From positions 27,404,001 through 27,468,000 of the forward strand of contig OZ024741.1 of NCBI GenBank assembly GCA_964016885.1: a DNA stretch of 64,000 nucleotides, written 5' to 3'. The notes beneath the pieces were generated by a model. The model had not been told where the DNA came from, made no database searches, and saw nothing but the letters and a program-made list of their open reading frames with translations. Source of the DNA: Eledone cirrhosa. Taxonomy: Eukaryota. Position numbers and translations under genes: made by a program. Positions within the stretch are counted from its first letter, which is position 1. Each line of letters opens with the position of its first letter. Positions 44,256 through 57,590 of this stretch are shown here, one piece after another.

Positions 44256-44803
44256 CTGAAAATTACAGCAACAACAAAAATTAAAAATTAAAATTTACAA
44301 AAAAAAAAGAGAAACAAAAAAAAATTTAAAGCTATTCAAAAAAAGGATTAAGTTTTATCTGTGTCTCTAATGGCAACGGGGGAGAGTGACTACAAGAAGC
44401 AACGGCCGACCAAGCTGGAGCCTGGTGGGTGGAAGGGTGGGTATGTGTTTGTGCATGTGCTTTGTAGAAAAGATGAATGTACAATAAATAAATATGCAGG
44501 CAATGAAGGTATTTCTTTCTACACAAGAGAGACAAGGTGGTGTAAGAAATATCTTTTTGACTGTTATCTATGCAGTCTATGTGAGAAAACTTTAAAAATA
44601 CAAAAAAATGAAAAAAATATGACCCCTTTTATCGTACAAGTTCTGACGTATCTACCTGCAGATATACATGGGACTGTAAAAGACACATGCAGGTTTTCAA
44701 CATATTGATCTATAAGCAATAACAAGAGAAAAAATAATGATATTGAAAAAAAACATTGAACAGAAAAAAAAAACATTTTAAATATTTTTTAAAAATGGAA
44801 TTG

Positions 44804-44855
<52 letters not shown>

Positions 44856-45022
44856 CATTCCAATGCTGTAAATTATAAGACACAAAAAAAAACAACAAAA
44901 AAAAACATTAATCTCCTTCGCTCTGTATTTTTCTTTGTGTGTTGTTTAGTATTTTTTTTTTACCTGTTTCTCCTATGCTGTATGGTTAGTATGTATGTGT
45001 ATATACATATATATATATATAG

Positions 45023-45085
<63 letters not shown>

Positions 45086-45548
45086 TATATAGACATATAT
45101 ATATATAGACACATATATAGACATATATATATATAGACACATATATATATATATATATATATCATCAACCCCTCCATCCATCACTCTGTGTCCTTGAACT
45201 TGATATTTATACTTTGACCATGACCTTGTCATGGCTGTCTATATATTTTCTGTGTAATTGATGCATCTTTGCAGAACTAAGGCAATAAAACTTCGGAGAA
45301 AACTATAATGGTAATGGACAATATATACATATATAGACATAGACACATACACATGCATGCACAAACACACATACATACACACACATATACACATATATAT
45401 ATATCTATATATTTGTGTGTGTCTGTGTGTATATATATATAAAGCTATATATATGGTTATCGGAACTTTGCTTTTTACATTCCTTTGATCCATTCATTCA
45501 GAAACAAAAATAGAAAAGCCTCAGAAGAGTAAAAATTATATATATGTA

Positions 45549-45593
<45 letters not shown>

Positions 45594-45699
45594 ATATTAT
45601 GTATTTATATATTTATATATATAAATACATAATATATATATATATATTAAAATCTACTATGGTATTGAGTCCTCATTCTTGCATCTGTCAACATCACTT

Positions 45700-45735
<36 letters not shown>

Positions 45736-46259
45736 TACACGCACACACACATACATATATATATACTACATTCTAGGTGAATTTGTCTAAAACACATTTG
45801 ATCTAACACAATTCATCTAAATTTATATATTTTATATTTTCACTAACAACTAATAAATTTAGTCATTTAAAGCAACAAAAGTATTATTATTGTTGTTGTT
45901 TTCTAAAGATTAAAAGTAACAAACTTACACAAGTAATAATTGGTTAAACTTCATTTAGGCTTAATTTCAATCAATATTTGTGCATCCATCCCACACCTCC
46001 CAGGACATGTTGCAGGTCCATCACCAGTTTTTGTGGCATGAAATGTCAAACAGGCCCCTCTACCTAAGGCCTGAATGCATCCCTTGTTAACCGACACAAA
46101 GGACGATGTAGGTTAATTGAATTTTTTTCAGTAGCCATAGTACATCAGTCAGTGTTAAATGTTTGTCTTGGTAAGTTATTAGTTTGTCTCTGCAGTTGTA
46201 ATATTGAACGATTTGTTTTAGGCTGAAAATTCAGTAGGCCATGATGGTTCCCCAATTTA

Positions 46260-47400
46260 TTGATTGAGAGAAAGGTCACACAACTGTGATTGATAATGGT
46301 TTTATATTTTATAAGAACAGTCTAAATGGTGATAATATCTATTGGCAGTATAACAAATATACAACAAAGTACTGTACTCACATAATGATTGTTAATAATG
46401 AAATTGTGAAGTCTACAACTGAACACAATCACATTTTAGAAGTTGTAACTACAAAGACATTGGTAAAGATATATTACCATGTAAAATCTATAAAAGATAC
46501 ACCTCATTTGATAATATCTAGTGCAGTGGAAATTTGAAGCCAAGATGTTGCCGAAACACTTCCAGAGATGTGAAGCATTAAAAGAAAAATACACTCTATC
46601 CAAGAACAAAGTTTTGTTAGATCAGCCTTAACATCAAATTCTGTTGAACTAATTCTCCCTCATGAATTTACTATAATGTTCAAAGGTGATCAATTTTTTA
46701 TGTATGATTCTGGGCCAGTTGAAAAGTGTATAGTAATATTTACAAGATGTAATTTGCAATGTTTGTCACAAAGCAATCATTGGTATGCTGACAAAACATT
46801 CAAAACTGTTGCTTTATTATTTTATTAGCTGTATACTGCATGGATTAACTCTATAGCATTTAAACCAGCTGTATCCAGCCAGAATTCTCTCACCTCTTTC
46901 TGTTCAAACCAGCTGTAACCGGCCACTCATACTGGTATTGTTCTCAAAATAAATAATATTAAAATCTCATAGATTCGATATCATGTGAGATAAGTATGAA
47001 AATATCATGAAAATACCATGAAAATATCATAGTAAATATAGAGTAATGTAAATGCTAAAGGGTTAAAAGAAAAAGCTTCACAGCTGCTTGTCTTTTCTTT
47101 AATTCCCAACGAATTGATAGAAACATATGTAATATTTTTACAAGAGATAAAGATATTAGAGCCAACATATGTGACATTGTCAATAACAATTGATTTTGTG
47201 ACATGTTTTGTTCAAAGTATGAAAGAATTTCCCAAGGCAAAATAAGGGATACTTTTTCTATCTTACACAATATATTTTCAGAAAAATTCAAAACTCATCC
47301 AAATTTTGCTTTGAGTCTACATAGATTACCAGCCTAAAATTTAGATAAATTGTGTTACTGTATTATAAAAACTGTGTTAAATGAATTATGCTTTAGACAA
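46260..47400 (+). pseudogene. Decayed Mutator-like (FLYWCH + MULE) transposase
   Basis: GFIFYK...IYW...C...HNH (FLYWCH-like). Then MYDSGP..CIVIFT and HWYADKTFKT..LFY*LYT (DGTF motif region). After the MITE insertion, GYFFYLTQYIFRK (GCxFH motif region). Stops and frameshifts are present. Confidence 0.75.
46845..47066. mobile_element. piggyBac-like MITE inserted in the MULE relic
   Basis: TTAA at both ends. Internal sequence matches 15702-15922. Confidence 0.72.
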
Positions 47401-47419
47401 GTTCACTGGATAACATATT

Positions 47420-47544
<125 letters not shown>

Positions 47545-47584
47545 CATACATATACATACATACATACATACATACATACATACA

Positions 47585-47620
<36 letters not shown>

Positions 47621-47668
47621 TACACACATATATATATACATACATACATACATACATACATACATACA

Positions 47669-47701
<33 letters not shown>

Positions 47702-47988
47702 TATATATGTGTGTGTATATATATATATATATGTATATACATATTGTTTTTTAAACCAATCTCATGACAAAATTGGGAGCTGTTAATACCATGAAAGCAA
47801 AGGTAAATATTTATACCATATGGAATCAGTGAAATGGTAACACTATAAGTTTCATATGGGCTTCGGTGAGCATAGTGACTTCTCATGAATAATATAGACA
47901 TATATTTCTATGTGTGGTGTGTGTAGCTATATATATATTTATATACACACACATATATATATACACACATATATATATTTATAAACAC

Positions 47989-48242
47989 ATCACTATAGCA
48001 TCATAAATTTATCTCATTATATATATTTCATACTAATTTCTAGTGTGCTTTCATCAGATAAAATACAATATTTGATGCATAAGATAGTGGCATGCCCATT
48101 TTAAGTTGACCGCATGAGATCTATTTTATGGGTATGTCACTATCTTATACATCAAATATTGTATTTTATCTGATGAAAGCATACTATAAATTAGTATCCC
48201 TGAAATATATATAATGAAATAAATTTATGATGCTATAGTGAT
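47989..48242. mobile_element. Fold-back element, family A (diverged), with a hammerhead motif at 48162-48221 (+)
   Basis: ~110-bp arms. The right arm reads UAUUUUAU-CUGAUGA-AAGCAUACUA(UAAAU)UAGUAUCCCU-GAA-AUAUAUAU-A-AUGAAAUA. Shares GGGTATGTCA and the tail with 33766-34092. Confidence 0.75.
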
Positions 48243-48451
48243 ATATTTTCAATTTATTACTATTATTATTATAATACTCCAGATAAAGTCTCTCTGTTGA
48301 GTGCTTCATATCTGTTATGAACATAATTCTGTTGAATACTTATCAACAAAGCCTATAACTCATTGTTTATATATATATATATATATATACATATATAAAA
48401 ATATATCACATAAGAAACAGAGAATCAGTGGTGCGACAAATCAAAATTTAT

Positions 48452-48550
48452 AAGACATATTACAATTGTTTCTCTGGCGACCAGCTCGAGGCACGATCGA
48501 TGCAATAATCGAACCTGACTCTGAAATCGCAAGATCCTCAGATACGTCTC
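48452..48550 (-). ncRNA. Type I hammerhead ribozyme with an extended stem II (family D)
   Basis: GAGACGUAU-CUGAGGA-UCUUGCGA-[46 nt]-UCGCCAGA-GAA-ACAAUUGU-A-AUAUGUCUU. It has a 9-bp stem I, a palindromic stem III and a GUA triplet. Relatives lie at 51425-51512 and 58220-58295. Confidence 0.75.
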
Positions 48551-48574
48551 AATCTTTTGAAGCAGAGTTTCCAA

Positions 48575-48625
<51 letters not shown>

Positions 48626-48936
48626 CACACACAATAACAACCCCATTATCATCATTAATGATAATGATAATAATACTTTATTGTTGATGTTTCTAATGAA
48701 GTCACACAACCTGCTGAAGTATTACGTCTCACTGAACCAAAATAACTGCTGGACTACACTTCGGTAAAGGGATTCCTGTGTTGTTCCACATGATTAAGGT
48801 AACAACTAAATTTCCTTTCATTACATTTTGACTGTCTTTAAAAATTTTAGTTATCACAGAAACATGTCTAATAGCCAGTCCTTTGAGTTGCTTAGTCTAG
48901 CAGCATGTAAACTGATATATATATCAACTCTTGGCA

Positions 48937-48993
<57 letters not shown>

Positions 48994-49091
48994 CTTTTAG
49001 CACTATATGTATATATATATATAGTGCCAAGAGTTTCCAAAGAATTAATCAAGGTAAAAAAGCGCTCTATGTAAAGTACAGAGCCATATAT

Positions 49092-49234
<143 letters not shown>

Positions 49235-49429
49235 GTTAAAAAAGAAGACAAAAGAAGAGAAAAACTTCACAATGTATTATTAGTTTCACGCTTGTGGGAA
49301 TATATTTTTTTATATATACACACTGTTCGTATATTGGTAGATACCAGACCACATGTATTGTTCTTCAAATACTAAGTCTAAATGCAACATATTTCCACAA
49401 ATACCTATATCTACACACATATATATATA

Positions 49430-49460
<31 letters not shown>

Positions 49461-52034
49461 GACAGGTGAAACATATGGGGTTTGTTACTACACAGAATAA
49501 GAAACCATCTCCATGTGATACCTCCCATCTGCTCAAAGAAAGCTAAATGAGCAACAATAACAATACTAATAATAATTAAAATATGTTGAGGAAAAAATAT
49601 TAAAAAAAGCAGAAAAAATTCCCAAATTTGCAGATAATTGTTTTTTACTCTGCCCCACCCCCACAAACTCGTGTTCTGATGGTGTCATTAGTGTAATTAA
49701 AAAGTGGACATTTGTAATTAAAATCTTTTAAAATGTGAAAAAATAACATTAAGTTGTCTGTCAGTATAGAGCTTGCCAACATGTAGCTAAAGACATTTCT
49801 TTGTGGATAATAATAACAATAATAATAATAATAATAATAATGTGTGTGTGTCCCCTTTTTTTAATTGTTATATCTGCATGATCCAGATACATTCTTCAAC
49901 AAAACCTAACAAAAAAAAAATAAATAAATAAATAAAACACACTCCAGACCCCTAAAATGAAAACAAAAGAAAAATAATTGGCAGAATAAAAATATTGGAA
50001 CAACACCAACTACAACAACAACACCAACTACAACAACAATAACACCAACTACAACAACACCAAGTACAACAACAACAACAACTACAACAACAACACCAAC
50101 TACAACAACAACAACAACAACAACACCAACTACAACAACAACAATATTACAAACCAAGCAACCAATCATTCCTTTATTTTACAAAATGAGTAGGAGAGGG
50201 GGAGGGGGCGAATAAACAAAAAAAAGCTGAATAATAATAATAACAATAATAATAATAATGAGGATTTATTGGCCACTAGGGACTACTTATGGTGGACAAT
50301 ACAAAAAGACAGGGAGAGTGAGGGTTAATAATAATAATAATAATAATAACAACAACAATAATATTGATGATGACAAAATCAGCAGCAGTTCACATAGCCA
50401 AGGTTTGGTTATATCAGTAATAGAACAGATTGAAAATAAAACTAATAATAACAATAACAACAACAGCAACAACAATGATAGTAATAATAATGATAATGAT
50501 TTCATTTATTAGCCACAAGGGCTGACATGTAGGGGACAATACAAGACAGGGACAGTAGGGTATAATAATGATAATAATAACAATAACAGTAATAATAAGC
50601 TGTACATTAAACAAATAGGGATTGCAATATGAATGGAACACTTACAAAATAACAGCTTGGAACAGCTCGAATACTCTGGAGGGTACTGGAAACTTGAAAA
50701 ATAATGGGTGTTAAGTGAATTCACAGGTAATGAATAGCTAACACTGTAATACATCTCCAGGGTGAGAAGCTGACCAAAGAAAGAGTAATAATAATAATAA
50801 TAATAATGCTTTCTTTATTAACCACAAGGGTTGACACAAAGTATAACATTAAGGACAACACAGGGCAATACAGGACGGTACAAATGGTGCAATAGAACAA
50901 ACACCACCAAAATCCACACTGCACATACCCAAGGTGCACAGAGCTGCACTTGGTAATGCAGTGATAACACGCAAAATAATAATAAGAATAAGAATGATAA
51001 TAATAATAATCATAATAATAATAATAGAGGAAACAAAAATATAGAATTAGTATTTCTTGCAAGCAATAGTAGGAGGAACAAAACACAAGAATTCTTATAA
51101 AACCAGAAAAGAAAAGCTAAAATCTTTATTTCAGGACCCTTCTTCTCTTTCATCTTCTCCATCCCTTACAAAAAGAAAAAAAAAAAAAACAGAAACAACA
51201 CAAAATAAAAAAGAAACAAAAAAACGATGAATAATAAAAATTAAAAAAAAATATTTTTATTCTTTTGTTGTTGTTGTTTTATTTTTTAATTTCCCCAACA
51301 GGGGGAGCAGGACATGGTCCCTTTTCTCCCTCTTTTGCTATTTTTCTGATTACTCTTTCTTCATATCTATATATAGTTAATAATAATGGATGAGGTGTCA
51401 AATTTTCATTAAGTTTATTCAGGTGTGGCACACGTTTCGTGATTGATCAGCTCAAGGTTCAATCTCTATCGATTGGACCCGACTCTGGAATCAAATGCTC
51501 ATCAGATTTCTGTTTCCTTAATATCAGAATTCCGTTTTACAATATATCATTGTGAGGAAGGGCAATTTTACTTAGATAGGAAAGAGGGAGGGATGATACA
51601 GTAGAAGTTGTGTTAGACAGATATGGAGACTTATACATATGTCAGGCAGTATTATAGAGACAAACACAGAGTTTAATTTTTAAATGTACCAAATTATAGT
51701 TCCAAACTGAACTCAAGTAAACGTATTTAAGACTATTCAACAGATGTACAGCTTTTAAACTATATATATATAAGGGGAAAAAACTGGGTTTCTACGACTG
51801 GATGCCCTTCCTAATGCCTCAAATTTCATCTATAATTTCAACAATTGTTTCTATGGAGATAAATGTAATGCCGGTACACAAAATCAATCAGTTAATCAGT
51901 CAAATAATTAAAAAATCCCCATTTCACCAGGAAAAAATAAATAGATACATTGAGTTACTTAACACATCCAGAAGAATGCACCTTATCAAAATAATAGTGG
52001 ATTATTCCGCTTTAATTATATATATATATAAATA

Positions 52035-52274
52035 TAATCTGAGTTTTTCGAATATTAATAATAACATTCGATTGGTTTGCAATTATGCAAACAAGCCTCA
52101 ATTTTATAGCCATGTCAGTAGAATGAACACTTCATTCTTGCTCTTGTGTTCGCATCCCAACACAAGAGCAAGAATGAAGTGTTCATTCTACTGACATGGC
52201 TATAAAATTGAGGCTTGTTTGCATAATTGCAAACCAATCGAATGTTATTATTAATATTCGAAAAACTCAGATTA
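52035..52274. repeat. Perfect 116-bp inverted repeat with an 8-nt loop
   Basis: 52035-52150 is the exact reverse complement of 52159-52274 by manual comparison. Confidence 0.95.
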
Positions 52275-52319
52275 CATTTATTGTATTCATGTAGAGTGAA
52301 ATTTTCTTTTTATATATAT

Positions 52320-52632
52320 ATCATCATTTTACGTCCGCTTTACCCTGCTTGCAAGGGTGGGACGGGAACTGATTCTGGCTTGATTTCTACAGCTAGATGC
52401 CCTTCCTAACACCAACCTCATTTCCAGTGATTGCTGGGTGCTTTTTTGCCATGGCACCTCCACCACCACTTTGCAGTGGAATGATAGGGACCCCAGTCTC
52501 AATCATCTCATTTCTACAGCTGAGTAAACTGGAGCAATGTGAAATAAAGTGTCTTGCTCAAGGAAACAACACATCGCCCGGTCTGAGAATTGAACTCACA
52601 ACCTTTCGATTGCAAGGCCAATGCTCTAACCA
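52320..52632 (-). mobile_element. CORE-like SINE with RTE-type tail
   Basis: Highly similar reverse complement of 32927-33258. Confidence 0.85.
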
Positions 52633-52759
52633 GATAATGTGAGCAACAGACACTGAAAAATCAGAGCAAAACAGAAATATCCCTCTATCATTAGCTATCC
52701 ACTGGAAATCATCACAATTTCAGTGCATTATATGGATAGTATCATTCATTCCAGTGCAC

Positions 52760-52832
<73 letters not shown>

Positions 52833-52943
52833 TCATCATCATTATCATCATCATCGTTTAACGTACATCTTCCATGCTTGCATGGGTTTGGATGGGAGTT
52901 TTTCCACTTGAGGCAAGATTGGTTGTCCTGCTCGTATAGGACT

Positions 52944-53358
52944 GTCTGGCGGGTTTTCTACGGCTGGATGCTCTTCCTAACACCAACCACGTTTACAGTG
53001 TGGACTGGGAGGTTTTTACTGTGTTACTTACACGGCCACATTACAGCGTGGACTGTGTGTTTTTTGTCGTGACACCTACACGTCTGGCAGGTTTTCTACG
53101 GCTGGGTGCCCTTCCCAGCACCAACCGCGTTTACAGTGTGGACTGGGAGGTTTTTACGGTGTTACCTACACGGCAACATTACAGCGTGGACTGTGTGTTT
53201 TTTGTCGTGACACCTACACGTCTGGCGGGTTTTCTACGGCTGGGTGCCCTTCCCAACACCAACCACGTTTACAGTGTGGACTGGAAGGTTTTTACCGTGT
53301 TACCTACACGGCCACATTACAGCGTGGACTGTGTGTTTTTTTGTCGTGACACCTACAC
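52944..53358 (-). repeat. Three tandem 138-bp units in the RTE 3' UTR
   Basis: GTCTGGCRGGTTTTCTACGGCTGG starts at 52944, 53082 and 53220. Confidence 0.9.
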
Positions 53359-53486
53359 GACATCATTTGTTTCGGACTGGATGTTGTGGTACCAACATAA
53401 CTTCACATTTAAGGGTGTGGTGGGGGTAGTGGGACGGGGCTGTATTTTGTTAGAGGTGCCTACTGACTGTAGGTTTCGCTTTGTAC

Positions 53487-55342
53487 TTAGGCAAGGCGGG
53501 TCTTCTGTATAACTGTGTAGCGCCAAAGATCTCGGTCCAATGACATTGTCTTGGAGAGGTGTAAGTGTGTGAGGTCGGAATTTATCAAGTCGTCCCAAGT
53601 TTTTCTGGGTCTGCCTACTCCGTGGCTACCGTCTATTTTTATCGCCCTGCACTTTTTTATACAGCTGTCGTCTTTCATGTGCATCACGTGACCGTACCAA
53701 CGTAGTCTTCTCTCGAGTAAACAACATCTGATCCCTCTTATTCCTAATTTCTCCCTTAGTTTATGCTTTGCCGTTCACGTATATTTCTATTACACATCCA
53801 GCGGAGCATGCAAGCTTTGTTTCTCTCCAGTCTGCGTATATCCTCTGCACACAATGCCCAGGTCTCACTGCTATGTAACATAGCTGTTCGTAAGCAGGCA
53901 TCATACAACCTGCCTTTCATTTTTAGAGAGAACCCTTTAGCGGCCAATAGTGGTATAAGCTCTCTGAACTTTTTCCATCCAGTTCTGACTCTAGCTACTG
54001 TACTTTCAGAGCACCCTCCCCCACTGCTGATTTTGTCACCCAGGTAACGGAAGGTGTCCACTATTTCTATAGAACCATCTGTGCAATGGAATGAGCTAGT
54101 ATTCTGTAGGCACTTGCTGCTACTTATTGCACCAGAGCACCGGCCACATATAAAATCTATATTCTTAGTTAGCTTACCTGTGATCCCACTACATCTTTTA
54201 TGCACCCATACTTTGCATTTGGGACATAAAATGGAGTTTCTGCCTACTCCTTTCCTACACACTGAGCATAGCCATTTCCCAGATGGGACCGGTGCCCTAT
54301 TTTCCTTCCTACAAACTAGAACTTTAGTCTTAGACAAGTTAACTTTAAGGCCTTTTGATTCTAGGCCATGCTTCCATGTTTGGAAATTCTTCTCTAGTTC
54401 AGCCATTGATTCAGCTATGAGCGTTAGATCATCTGCATATAGGAGTTCCCATGGGCAGCCGGTCTTGAACTCCTCTGTTATAGCCTGAAGGGCAATAATA
54501 AATAGTAGGGGCCTAAGGACGGAGCCCTGATGAACACCAACTTTTACGCTAAACTCTTCACTATATTCGTTGTTAATTCTAACCTTGCTGACTGTTTCTT
54601 TATACATGGCTTTTATAGCCCTCACAAGCCATTCATCAACACCTAGTTTTCTAAGGGCCCACCAGATAATCGAGCGGGGTACTCTGTCAAAGGTTTTCTC
54701 CAAGTTAACAAAAGCTAAGTATATGGGTTTACTTTTAGCTAGGTACTTCTGTAGTTGTACAATGAAAAGAGCGTCTGTTGTACTTTTACCTGACACAAAC
54801 TCGAACTGCATTTCGTCTAGATCAATTCGCTCTCTGATTAGTTGCGCTATTACTTTTTCTGTGACCTTCATGACCTGGTCAATTAATTTAATGCCTCTAT
54901 AGTTTCCCCTATCTAGGTCATCGCCTTTACCCTTGTAGCAGTTAATGATGATGCTGCTGCGCCAGTCCTTCGGAACGACCCCATTCTGTATGACTTCGTT
55001 TACTATCCGGGTGACCATGGTGTGTCCCACCGTTCCAGATGCTTTCAGCATTTCAGCAACTATTTCCGAAGGCCCAGCCGCCTTGCCCGTCTTCATGTCT
55101 TTGATCGCCTTACTTATTATACTACCTTCAACTTGCACTGCTGGTCCCTCTATTGGGTTGATGTGGGGGAGACTGTCTTTCTCCCAATTATTCTCCTCAT
55201 TTAGTAGCCTTTCGTAGTGACACTTCCAAGCTACCTTCTTATCAGTGTCAGTGATGGCAAGTACACCATCCTCATTAAGGACACATTTCTCCCCGACAAT
55301 ATCACTATTTTCCTTGACACATTGCCTAGCAATCCTGAACAC
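53487..55342 (-). pseudogene. RTE ORF, reverse transcriptase with an embedded C4HC3 finger and C-terminal region
   Basis: Motifs NYRGIKL, FDRV, GVHQGS, LLYADD and FRYLG. Frameshift near 53760, continuing as RRLRWYGHV...GRPRKTW. Confidence 0.93.
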
Positions 55343-56485
55343 CTCACGTTTTTAGTCCTCGCGTTGTAGAACATGCTTGAACTTCTTTCCTCTGTTTCCC
55401 TTCTTGAGAAGTACACTTGTCTCCTAGCTTCCCTCCTGGCCACTTGATAGTCTTCTCTACTTCCCCCATCCCGCCATGCTTTCCAAGCCTGCTTTTTGGC
55501 CTTGATTGACCCCTCCACCTTACTGTTCCACCACCAAGTTACTCTCCTCCTGCCTATAGGTCTGCTCCAGCCACAGGTTTCATCTGTCGCCTTCAGCAGG
55601 TTAGCTTTCAGGAATCCCCACTGTTCCTCTATATTGTACGACTCTAATTGTTCTTCCTTATTATCAAAAGCCTCAAGTAATATGCTTTGAAATTTATTAC
55701 TGGCTGTGGGGTCTTTTAACTTCCATATTTTTCTCCTGAGTATAGTCCTCTTCTGTTGTAGAATACGTCTCGTCCTGACTATGAGGTCGCTAATTATGAG
55801 TCTATGTTGAGAGGTGCATTCTTCATGGGGGAGGGATTTAGTATTTACAACAGACACTCTGTCACGTCTCCTGGTAAGGATATAATCTACCTGGCTTGTG
55901 TGTTCCCCCGATCTATAGGTGATCAAGTGATTGTCTCGTTTTTTGAAGTTAGTGTTACAGATAGTTAGCTTATTTGCGTCACAGAATTCCAGGATTCTGG
56001 AGCCATCCTCATTTCTAGTACCAAACCCATAGCCTCCATGGATTCCGTCATAGCCGTCACAATGTTGTCCAACGTGATCATTTAGGTCGCCAGCGATAAC
56101 TATGTAGCCACTGTCGGTTATTTGGGAGGTAGTGAGCATCAGTGTCTCATAGAATCTGTCTTTTATAACGCCGGGCAGTCCGGATCGTGGTGCGTACGCA
56201 GATATTACTGTCACCGTAGTTCTATTGAGGACAAGTCTTATTTTAATTATTCTGTCGTTCACTCTATTTACGTCTATTATCTTATCTGCCCACTTTTCTG
56301 CTACCATGATTCCTACTCCACCCAGCCCATTGTCATTTCCCACCCAGAAAAGCTTATAGCATCGTTCTTTACCCACAATGAATGTAGCAGACCCACCTCT
56401 CCACCTGGTCTCCTGAATACAACAAACATCGACCTCCTTACGTTCAAGCATTTCTACAACCTCGTTAGGGCGACCCTTTAAGGTG

Positions 56486-56487
<2 letters not shown>
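55231..56487 (-). pseudogene. RTE ORF, apurinic-like endonuclease domain
   Basis: Motifs CIQETRW, ISAYAP, AGDLN, SQVDYIL and TWWWN. Frameshift near 55380. Confidence 0.92.
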
Positions 56488-56524
<37 letters not shown>

Positions 56525-56525
<1 letters not shown>

Positions 56526-56712
56526 TATCCTGGGTTCAATTGGGGGTAACCACAGTAAGTAAAGTACTCAATACATAGCAGAGTATAAATATTTAATATA
56601 GAAATGGCTGCTACAGGACTAGAACTGTTTCATTTGGGAGAAATCATGGCTTCCTGATGATTTCTCCCGAATAAAACAGTTCTAGTCCTGTAGAAGTCTT
56701 TCTATATTAAAT
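56525..56712. mobile_element. Fold-back element, family B, with tail; hammerhead core mutated (GAAA>AAAA)
   Basis: Palindrome 56591-56712. Tail 56525-56590 matches 39612-39676 in reverse. A further partial copy lies at 61541-61586. Confidence 0.7.
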
Positions 56713-57046
56713 AAATATATATATATATAATTATGATTATCATTTTACATCCATTTTCCAGGCTGGCATGTGTTGTGGTAAACATCGGTTTTAACTGGCG
56801 TTAGGAAGGGCATCCAGCCATAGAAATCTAGTCAGAAACAGTCCTATATGAGCAAGACATGGTCACTTAATCCAAATTGCCTCTAATAGGACAACCCATA
56901 TATACCCATGCTAGTGGGGAAATGGACGTTAAACCATGATGATGATGGTACTGCCCTCCTAGACAAGTGAAGAGCTCATGTCACACTCAAACATTCCAAT
57001 CTTAACATGGTTTCTACAGTTCAATTTGCTTCTGAACACCAGCCAG

Positions 57047-57590
57047 TGGATTGGCATTATTGGTAGAGGGTCAGACGCCATGCTTTGACGTATAGAGTTA
57101 CGGCCCTTGCCATTCTGAGTTCAAATCCCGCCAAGGTTAACTTTGCCTTTCATCCTTACGGGGTCGATAAAATAAAGTACCAGTAATGCACTGGGTAATT
57201 GCTGGCCTTGTGCCTAACATAGAAACAATTATATCATAACACCAACACTAGAGAGGTTGTCATGCCCTCAACAACACTACAGAGAGTCCTCTCGACACTG
57301 CATTGTCTCCATTCAATCACCAACCACCTTACAGAGTGTAATAGGTACATTTTATTGTAGCACCAGCACTGGAGAGTTTGCCTTGTCCTAGATAAGACCA
57401 GATAGTTATCTGGCAGTATCGGTAGAGGGTCGGACGCCATGCTTTGATGCATAGAGTTACGGCCCTTGCCATTCTGAGTTCAAATCCCGCCGAGGTTAAC
57501 TTTGCCTTTCATCCTTACGGGGTCGATAAAATAAAGTACCAGTAATCTACTGGGTAATTGCTGGCTTTGTGCCAATAGTAGAAACAGTTA
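57047..57590 (+). mobile_element. Two SINE group B copies (57047-57232, 57411-57590)
   Basis: Family body and tail. Each is followed by a similar CAACCAC..TACAGA...CACCAGCACTGG segment. Confidence 0.82.

Larger units (their letters stand above)
52833..56487 (-). mobile_element. RTE-clade LINE, 5'-truncated and frameshifted, inserted in (TA)n
   Basis: APE and RT coding segments, a 3' UTR and an (ATG)n tail at ~52833-52853. (TA)n lies on both sides. Confidence 0.95.

Noticed and set aside
44960-44995. Minus-strand TACTAAC-CATACAG-14 nt-GTAAAA microexon
   Set aside because: Branch point too close to the AG, no pyrimidine tract, and no supporting minus-strand gene.
53487-56487. Active, intact RTE element
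   Set aside because: 5' truncation within the endonuclease start, at least two frameshifts and small deletions in RT.
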